A stretch of DNA of 13,418 nt from Moorena producens (lineage in GTDB: Bacteria > Cyanobacteriota > Cyanobacteriia > Cyanobacteriales > Coleofasciculaceae). The stretch lies in the NCBI RefSeq assembly GCF_965240435.1, contig NZ_CBDEKO010000003.1. One strand, written 5' to 3'. Below are positions 7,825 through 13,418 of this stretch, piece after piece. Within the stretch, counting starts at the first letter, position 1; each line of letters starts with the position of its first letter. A program made the position numbers and the translations under genes. The notes below the pieces were generated by a model. The model did not search any database, was not told where the DNA came from, and worked only from the letters and a program-made list of their open reading frames with translations.

Positions 7825-8247
7825 TTAGAAACGATTTGAGGAATTTCTAGGATGGGATTCCCAGTCAGGACAATCTTCTGTGTCCCAACCATAGGGATGC
7901 ATAGCGCAGACTAATAAATTTCCACCATAGGCTTGACCGTGATAATGACGGCAACCTATGCAAGCAGGATGTTTCTGTGAGGATGGTGTCACGGAATCAG
8001 GAAAATCCTCGTCTGTTTCACTGACCATAACCTCAAAGTCAAAATAAATCTCAACAAAGGGTTCAACAATATCTTGCAAACACTGGTCAATTTCCGCACC
8101 AATGGCATTGTCTACCTGATTGGCAAACTCCTCAACTTCATTGGCAAACTCCTCAACCGCCTCACTGACACCCTCGAAGAACTCATCGACCATATTAGCC
8201 ACTGATTCGAGGGTTTCAAAAATACTTTTAGACCAATCATCTTCCAT
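7825..8247 (-). CDS. Hypothetical acidic protein with a C-terminal Cys/His metal-binding-like motif
   Basis: The N-terminal ~95 residues of this 140-aa protein are extremely acidic and contain an internal repeat EEFANEVEEFANQVD. The C-terminus reads CIGCRHYHGQAYGGNLLVCAMHPYGWDTEDCPDWESH (CxxC...C...C plus several His). The stop lies 14 nt before the queF start on the same strand. Confidence 0.55.
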   Translation of the reverse strand: MEDDWSKSIFETLESVANMVDEFFEGVSEAVEEFANEVEEFANQVDNAIGAEIDQCLQDIVEPFVEIYFDFEVMVSETDEDFPDSVTPSSQKHPACIGCRHYHGQAYGGNLLVCAMHPYGWDTEDCPDWESHPRNSSNRF

Positions 8248-8330
8248 AGTAAATATTTACTCAACCACCATGATGTGCTAAACCAGTGTTGTTGACAAGT
8301 TGATTATAAGTGCTAGATAAGTGCTATAAG

Positions 8331-8696
8331 TTAGCGCTTGAGCCGACGTAATTCTTCTTGCATAGCTTGCACCTGCTCGCGTAGTTTGTCAACATTCTGC
8401 TCTTCAGGTGGTGCTGATTCTTCTTCATCAGCAATAATCTCAATCCGGCGCGGCTCAGGTTTAGGATCATTAGGCTGAGCTTGAGAGGATTGCTGTTGCC
8501 CCTGTTGCACTAAATCTTCCACCAGTTTACGGGCTTCCTCGGTAGTCATTTCCCCTTTTTCTACCAGTTCATCTACCAGTTTCTGAGCTTGACCTCGCAC
8601 TTCTGACAAGGTTCCCCCAGCTTTCTCCCCTGCAGCAGCAGCTATACCAACGCCTAGATAAAACGCTTTTTGAACCAAATTTCCAAAACCAGCCAT
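8331..8696 (-). CDS. Phasin-family protein (PHA-granule-associated-like)
   Basis: MAGFGNLVQKAFYLGVGIAAAAGEKAGGTLSEVRGQAQKLVDELVEKGEMTTEEARKLVEDLVQQ matches the cyanobacterial phasin-family pattern. The C-terminus is Q/P-rich and ends in a coiled coil. The track ORF starts at a GTG at 8702. The ATG at 8696 is preferred. Confidence 0.6.
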   Translation of the reverse strand: MAGFGNLVQKAFYLGVGIAAAAGEKAGGTLSEVRGQAQKLVDELVEKGEMTTEEARKLVEDLVQQGQQQSSQAQPNDPKPEPRRIEIIADEEESAPPEEQNVDKLREQVQAMQEELRRLKR

Positions 8697-8860
8697 GAAC
8701 ACTGATACTCCGAGAGTTCTCCTATTACTCTATGATTCCAGGATAGGAGTGAAATCCCACTTTGCCCACTCGACTTAAGGTAGACGGACTTAAGGGTCAG
8801 CAGGATTACAATAATAATATACAATGCCATACCTCCCTAAGGTAGAAATCTGTTGAGTTC

Positions 8861-9949
8861 ATGAATAAAGTTGTTGTTGGCTTGTCTGGCGGAGTAGACA
8901 GTTCCGTAGCTGCCGCCACCCTCTATCACAAAGGATACGAAGTTGTAGGATTGACCCTTTGGTTAATGAAAGGGAAGGGTCAATGCTGCTCTGAGGGAAT
9001 GGTCGATGCAGCGTTTATCTGTGAACAATTAGGGATTCCCCACCATATTGTGGACAGTCGCGATGTTTTTCAGGAAAACATTGTGGATTACTTAGTGTCA
9101 GGTTACCAATCGGGGATTACTCCACTGCCTTGTTCTCAGTGCAACAAGGCAGTGAAGTTTGGTCCGATGCTGACCTATGCCCATGAGACATTGGGGATTG
9201 ATAAAATAGCCACAGGTCACTATGCCCGGATTACTTATGATGCCGAATGCGATCGCTATCAATTGCGGCGAGCACTAGACTTGACAAAAGACCAGTCATA
9301 CTTCCTGTATGACTTGACTCAAGACCTGCTGGCGGCTTCCCTATTTCCTTTGGGAGAACTGAAGAAAACGGAAACGCGACGCCTTGCTGCTGAGTATAAT
9401 CTCAAGACTGCTGATAAACCAGAAAGTCAGGACTTGTGTTTAATCGAATCCCACGGTTCCATGCAGAAGTTCCTGGACAAGTATATTTCCCAAACCACAG
9501 GTGACATCGTGGACTTGGATGGAAATGTGGTAGGGCAACATCAGGGAATTCACCACTACACCATTGGACAACGGAAAGGGCTAGGTATAGCTGCTCCCAA
9601 TCCCTTGTATGTGATTGCCCTAGATGCAGCCAGGAATCGGGTAATTGTAGGGGAACGCCACCAAGCCACCCAACCTGAATGTACTGTTCATCGGGTCAAT
9701 TGGGTATCGATTCAGGAACCTACTGTTCCGATTCGAGCTTCTGTGCAAGTTCGCTATCGCTCACCTGCTGTACCTGTTAATGTGATTCCTCTAGAAGGAA
9801 ATCGGATCAAATTAGTGTTCGATGAACCACAATTCAGCATCACCCCAGGACAGGCTGCTGTTCTGTATGACGGGGAGCTGGTGCTCGCAGGTGGCATTAT
9901 TGAGCAGTTACCAGAGAAAATTGCTAATGGCAAATTGGTTGAAGGTTGA
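8861..9949 (+). CDS. mnmA: tRNA-specific 2-thiouridylase MnmA (tRNA 2-thiouridine(34) synthase)
   Basis: The PP-loop [14 protein letters not shown] is present. Catalytic-Cys regions follow ([17 protein letters not shown]). The central domain reads IATGHYARI...DQSYFLY. The 362-aa length is right for the family. Confidence 0.9.
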   Translation: MNKVVVGLSGGVDSSVAAATLYHKGYEVVGLTLWLMKGKGQCCSEGMVDAAFICEQLGIPHHIVDSRDVFQENIVDYLVSGYQSGITPLPCSQCNKAVKFGPMLTYAHETLGIDKIATGHYARITYDAECDRYQLRRALDLTKDQSYFLYDLTQDLLAASLFPLGELKKTETRRLAAEYNLKTADKPESQDLCLIESHGSMQKFLDKYISQTTGDIVDLDGNVVGQHQGIHHYTIGQRKGLGIAAPNPLYVIALDAARNRVIVGERHQATQPECTVHRVNWVSIQEPTVPIRASVQVRYRSPAVPVNVIPLEGNRIKLVFDEPQFSITPGQAAVLYDGELVLAGGIIEQLPEKIANGKLVEG

Positions 9950-10065
9950 AGGTTGGAGGTTGAACGCGATCGCGTGGCCAAAGGCCAAGGTTCAAGCTTG
10001 TTAACCCAAGGCGATTCGGTGTAGGGTAGGTTGAACGCGATCGCGTGGCCTTTTGGCCAAGGTTG
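9937..10065. repeat. Heptamer repeats (GGTTGAA x4, overlapping the mnmA 3' end) plus two copies of a ~36-bp palindromic element containing HIP1
   Basis: GGTTGAACGCGATCGCGTGGCC is identical at 9958-9979 and 10029-10050. Copy 1 continues AAAGGCCAAGG and copy 2 continues TTTTGGCCAAGG. This gives GGCC-loop-GGCC hairpins with complementary loop sequences. ACGCGATCGCGT is a 12-bp perfect palindrome. Confidence 0.85.
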
Positions 10066-10078
10066 TCTGTCAGAATGC

Positions 10079-10153
10079 AGAATGGTGAATTGATAATGTA
10101 GAATTCCCAATTCACCATTCTAAATTCTAAATTCTAAATTCTAAATTCTAATA
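10079..10153. terminator. Perfect 14-bp stem hairpin (AGAATGGTGAATTG / CAATTCACCATTCT, 15-nt loop) followed by (TAAATTC)x5 heptamer repeats; candidate bidirectional terminator between convergent mnmA and fdx
   Basis: The inverted repeat was read directly, with arms at 10079-10092 and 10108-10121. No canonical U-run follows on either strand. The terminator function is therefore inferred only from the position between convergent genes. Confidence 0.4.
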
Positions 10154-10192
10154 GTGACCTTGACCAAAGCCAATTGCCATGGTATTTATAGA

Positions 10193-10432
10193 CTACCAAT
10201 TCGTGTCAGAGTAGAGATTAATGGTCAGCTGTTCATAACCTGCAGGTACAGCAGTGATACAAGAACAAACAGTCGGTCCATTTTCTATGTCTACCTCACA
10301 GGCATGACAAGAACCCATCAGGCAACCTGTGGCAATGAACACACCAGCACGTTCAGCCACTAGAAGGATGGGTTCTCCGACTTCGGCCTCAACTGTCACA
10401 TCATCTGGTAGAAAGCGAACGCTTACACTCAT
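10193..10432 (-). CDS. [2Fe-2S] ferredoxin-like small protein
   Basis: The 79-aa protein has cluster-ligand spacing CLMGSCHAC...(11)...CSC, i.e. Cx4Cx2C...C. This matches plant/adrenodoxin-type 2Fe-2S ferredoxin folds. It lies 160 nt downstream of cobQ on the same strand. Confidence 0.65.
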   Translation of the reverse strand: MSVSVRFLPDDVTVEAEVGEPILLVAERAGVFIATGCLMGSCHACEVDIENGPTVCSCITAVPAGYEQLTINLYSDTNW

Positions 10433-10591
10433 GTTTGATTAGTCATTTCATCTGTTAGTTTTTTATTGTTAATTGTTTAGTTAATTGTTTACGTTTTAAT
10501 TTCTATTTTCCCTTAAGGATTTTCCAGTTTCCATTTTCCCTTCTCAAGTTTACTTTTTACTTTTGAAAAAACTCATCTGATAGTTAACGGT

Positions 10592-12082
10592 CTAAGACCT
10601 TAAAATCGGGGTTAAATCAAGATGAGATTCGATAGTATCAGCCAGTGAATTCAAAAGCGCTTCTCGTTGTTCCCGATAGTTGACAACCCCAGTAGGGAGA
10701 GAAGGTAGCCCTCGTCTGGAGCGCAGTTGATTCAACCAGGCACGTCGCCAAGGACTATTGTCAAACATGCCATGGAGATAGCTGCCCCAAATTGATTGAT
10801 TCACGTCAACAATTCCCAAACCATGGTCATCGAATAACGCTCGATAAGCAGATTTATTGTCTCCCATCTCTGCCTCCAACATTCGGGAACGCCCCTGATG
10901 AATTTCGTAACCAGTAATGGGTAAGCCAACTTGGGGATAATTAGAGGTCACCATCCGTTGACGGGCAACTTTGCCACTAGTAATCAAGGTTTTTAACGGC
11001 AACAAGCCTAATCCTGGATGACGACCCTGTTTACCCTCTAATCCATCAGGATCAACTAGGGTTTTGCCTAGCATTTGGAATCCCCCACAAATTCCCAAAA
11101 TTGTCCCACCTGAGGCAGCATAGTTTTGAATCTGCTCAGCCATGCCACTTTTTTGGAGTACCATCATGTCCGCAATGGTAGTTTTCGTGCCTGGGAGAAT
11201 CACGGCATCTGGATATCCCAAGGTTTCATTTGGTGACAGATATTTCAAAAAGACGCTCGGTTCAGCTTCGAGGGGGTCAAAATCAGTAAAGTTAGAAATT
11301 CGAGGTAAACGAATTACTACGATAGTGACTTCCTGATTGGACTTGTTCCTGCTGTTGCGATCTAGTAAGTCAAGGGAATCTTCAGCGGGAAACAGTATAT
11401 CAATCCAGGGAATAACTCCAACAACAGGAATACCAGTGCGTTCTTGTAACCATTTTATCCCGGGTTCGAGCAGCGATCGCTGACCCCTAAACTTATTGAT
11501 CACGACACCTTTAATCAACGCTCTCTCCTCTGGTTCGAGCAGTTCGAGAGTACCGATTACGTGAGCAAAAGACCCTCCACGGTCAATATCTACCACCAGC
11601 AAGGTGGGAGCTTTGAGGTACCGCGCCACTCGCATATTGGTCAAGTCGCGGTGCTTGATATTAATTTCTACTGGGCTACCAGCTCCCTCGCACACGACTA
11701 AATCAAACTCATTGGTTAGGCGTCGCAGTGATTCTTCAATCACCTGCCAACCCTTATCAAAGTACTTCTCGTAGTAATCCCCAGCACTAACCTTCCCTAC
11801 GGCTTTACCCATAAGAATGACCTGGGAGGTCATGTCACCTTGGGGTTTGAGTAAAATTGGGTTCATTTCCACACAGGGAATCACACCTGCAGCCCAAGCT
11901 TGTACGGCTTGGGCATGTCCAATTTCTCCACCATTGGGTGTAACATAGGCATTTAGAGCCATGTTCTGACCCTTAAAGGGACACACACGCCAGCCTTGTC
12001 GCGAGAGCAGGCGACATAGAGCTGTGGTTATCAAGGATTTTCCTGCGTGGGATGTAGTACCCACCACCATAATCGCTTTCAT
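10592..12082 (-). CDS. cobQ: Cobyric acid synthase CobQ/CbiP
   Basis: The N-terminal CobQ/CobB/MinD-like ATPase domain begins MKAIMVVGTTSHAGKS. The C-terminal class-I glutamine amidotransferase domain contains ILGICGGFQMLG, with the catalytic Cys, and YEIHQG. The 496-aa length fits. Confidence 0.92.
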   Translation of the reverse strand: MKAIMVVGTTSHAGKSLITTALCRLLSRQGWRVCPFKGQNMALNAYVTPNGGEIGHAQAVQAWAAGVIPCVEMNPILLKPQGDMTSQVILMGKAVGKVSAGDYYEKYFDKGWQVIEESLRRLTNEFDLVVCEGAGSPVEINIKHRDLTNMRVARYLKAPTLLVVDIDRGGSFAHVIGTLELLEPEERALIKGVVINKFRGQRSLLEPGIKWLQERTGIPVVGVIPWIDILFPAEDSLDLLDRNSRNKSNQEVTIVVIRLPRISNFTDFDPLEAEPSVFLKYLSPNETLGYPDAVILPGTKTTIADMMVLQKSGMAEQIQNYAASGGTILGICGGFQMLGKTLVDPDGLEGKQGRHPGLGLLPLKTLITSGKVARQRMVTSNYPQVGLPITGYEIHQGRSRMLEAEMGDNKSAYRALFDDHGLGIVDVNQSIWGSYLHGMFDNSPWRRAWLNQLRSRRGLPSLPTGVVNYREQREALLNSLADTIESHLDLTPILRS

Positions 12083-12155
12083 AATTCAGGGTTAGGGCGT
12101 CAGAACTAGCCTAGATGATCAACAGATTGAGATATCACCCTGTCACCAACTTGAT

Positions 12156-12572
12156 TTAAACCGACAATCTTAGCCAGCGATTCAAGGTATGATGGAGTCG
12201 ATCTGATAATGAGGGTGGAGGTAAGGTTTCTCCAAGCCCTTCCCACTTTTCTAACAACTGACGACCCAAAGGTGTCAATCGAAAACTATCCGTAATTCCC
12301 TGACCGTCTACTTCTCGACGTAATACACCCACTTGAATCAACCACATTAAATCGTTTTCTACTACCAATTCCGACCTAGGGCGCGTTGTGTAGTTTCTCT
12401 CGACACCTTCAAGACCTACTATAGATAAGAGTGGAACACTGTTAGAACGCATCGCTGCCAATAAAGGCATCTGGAATGGCAAACAGCGCATTGCTTGCTC
12501 TGCACGTTTAGTAGTTCGGTCAGGATATTGAATAGGCTGGCTACCTTGAGACTGAATTGAAGTTCTTGCCAC
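12156..12572 (-). CDS. Conserved hypothetical protein (cyanobacterial), immediately upstream of cobQ on the same strand
   Basis: The 138-aa ORF shows no recognisable catalytic motif. It has good coding-like composition and sits 73 nt upstream of cobQ. The start codon is uncertain. Internal Mets at MRCLPF and MPLLAAM are alternatives. Confidence 0.5.
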   Translation of the reverse strand: MARTSIQSQGSQPIQYPDRTTKRAEQAMRCLPFQMPLLAAMRSNSVPLLSIVGLEGVERNYTTRPRSELVVENDLMWLIQVGVLRREVDGQGITDSFRLTPLGRQLLEKWEGLGETLPPPSLSDRLHHTLNRWLRLSV

Positions 12573-12699
12573 AGTTACTAAATCTCAGAACTATACTGAC
12601 CGCCGATTATTTCTATATTAAGGGTTTTTTGAGATTAGAGGCCAACCTCTGGTGCTTTACTCTAGAAATTTTTGGTAAGCATATGCGCTACTTGAGGTG

Positions 12700-12768
12700 C
12701 GGTCAGCGGTCAGCCGTCAGCGGTCAGCCGTCAGCGGTCAGCCGTCAGCCGTGGGCTTTTGGCCCACG
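12700..12768. repeat. STRR-like heptamer tandem repeat (CGGTCAG/CCGTCAG x7) followed by hairpin CGTGGGC-TTTTG-GCCCACG
   Basis: Read directly. This produces the low-complexity SAVSGQPSAVSRQP translation in the overlapping track ORFs. Confidence 0.85.
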
Positions 12769-12982
12769 CTGCTTGAGGTGCTTTGTGGCACAGGCTTTGA
12801 CCCTGGGACTTCACTCAGCATTATGCCAATGCTTACCTGTTTTATTAGACTTCGTGGCAGTTGTCGGGAACAGGGAACAGCGGATCACCGGAACAGTGGA
12901 CAAGAATTGACGGAAACACTATTAGAAAAATACTTTTGCAAGAGGTCTATTCAAAAGCAACTCAAGTAGCACCATCTGTAGC

Positions 12983-13041
12983 GCTAATCGCTAATCGCTG
13001 ATGACTGATAGCTGAATGCTGATGACTGATAGCTGAATGCT
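12983..13041. repeat. Heptamer-based tandem repeats: GCTAATC x2 then a 21-bp unit GCTGATGACTGATAGCTGAAT x2
   Basis: Read directly at 12983-12996 and 12997-13038. Confidence 0.85.
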
Positions 13042-13181
13042 TACAAATTTTTGAATTTATTCAAGACCCACGCCAAACTGGGCAACAAAGGCACTTCTGT
13101 ATAATAGTGCTTTAAGACGTAAGTCCTATTAGTGTAAACTTTATACATAAGTTCAGTATATTTCTATAGGAAACAAAAGTT

Positions 13182-13418
13182 ATGGCTCTTCAAGTTGGCA
13201 TAGATGCACCAGCATTTACTGTCAAAGACGACGAAGGCAATACCGTTTCACTGTCCGACTTTGCGGGTAAAACTGTAGTGCTTTATTTTTACCCCAAAGA
13301 CGATACTCCAGGCTGCACCAAGGAAGCCCAAAGCTTTCGGGATAACTACACTGAGTATCAAGGTAAAGACATGGTGGTACTCGGTGTCAGTATGGATGAT
13401 GAGGCATCCCACAAACAA
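13182..13418 (+). CDS. bcp: Thioredoxin-dependent thiol peroxidase (peroxiredoxin Bcp/PrxQ), 5' part; gene continues off the right edge
   Basis: The ATG at 13182 opens a frame that runs to the window end (MALQVGIDAPAFTVKDDEGNTVSLSDFAGKTVVLYFYPKDDTPGCTKEAQSFRDNY...). It contains the canonical Bcp/PrxQ peroxidatic-Cys motif YFYPKDDTPGCT. It is not in the ORF track because no stop falls inside the window. Confidence 0.85.
   Translation, partial: MALQVGIDAPAFTVKDDEGNTVSLSDFAGKTVVLYFYPKDDTPGCTKEAQSFRDNYTEYQGKDMVVLGVSMDDEASHKQ

Noticed and set aside
9754-10118. ORFs 9754..10110 (-), 9822..10004 (+), 9924..10118 (-)
   Set aside because: They overlap the mnmA 3' end and/or run through heptamer/HIP1 repeats. 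Their Pro/Ser/Thr-rich translations are typical of repeat-derived ORFs.
10154-10363. Plus-strand 69-aa ORF
   Set aside because: It is antisense to the ferredoxin-like gene, which has the convincing Cys-ligand motif.
11142-11336. Plus-strand 64-aa ORF
   Set aside because: It is antisense within cobQ.
12557-12969. Plus-strand ORFs of 117 and 90 aa
   Set aside because: They are translated through STRR heptamer arrays and are low-complexity with no RBS. See the finding on this region.
9937-13041. Short tandem repeats as a possible CRISPR array
   Set aside because: The units are 7-22 bp with no unique spacers of 30-40 bp. They are STRR/HIP1-type cyanobacterial repeats, not CRISPR repeats.

Overview
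This window reads as chromosomal DNA from a filamentous cyanobacterium. The evidence is eight HIP1 octamers (GCGATCGC, at about 496, 1526, 3034, 7534, 9251, 9966, 10038 and 11476), STRR-like heptamer tandem repeats in intergenic regions, and AT-rich promoter regions. The left half (1-7210) is a polysaccharide (EPS/O-antigen-like) export locus on the minus strand. It holds a partial membrane protein at the left edge, a Wzz/GumC-type polysaccharide co-polymerase with no kinase domain, a Wza/GumB-type outer-membrane export protein, and an alkaline-phosphatase-superfamily (type I phosphodiesterase/nucleotide pyrophosphatase-like) protein. A WecG/TagA/CpsF-family glycosyltransferase is transcribed divergently across a 1.3-kb ORF-free AT-rich region. 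Tandem 13-bp repeats sit in the leaders directly upstream of both the Wzz-like and Wza-like genes. The right half holds housekeeping genes. These are queF (preQ0 reductase), preceded 14 nt upstream by an unusual acidic Cys/His-motif protein, then a phasin-family protein, mnmA (tRNA 2-thiouridylase), a small [2Fe-2S] ferredoxin-like protein, cobQ (cobyric acid synthase), a conserved hypothetical protein, and the 5' part of a Bcp/PrxQ peroxiredoxin. The convergent intergenic region between mnmA and the ferredoxin gene is packed with heptamer repeats, a duplicated ~36-bp HIP1-containing palindromic element and a perfect 14-bp hairpin. I found no CRISPR array, transposase, integrase or tRNA by eye. 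Most ORFs in the six-frame track that overlap the large genes or the heptamer repeats are judged spurious. I cannot demonstrate an obviously novel multi-gene system from sequence alone. The candidates most worth follow-up are the acidic Cys-motif protein coupled to queF, the repeat-decorated leaders of the EPS export genes, and the 1.3-kb non-coding divergent region.
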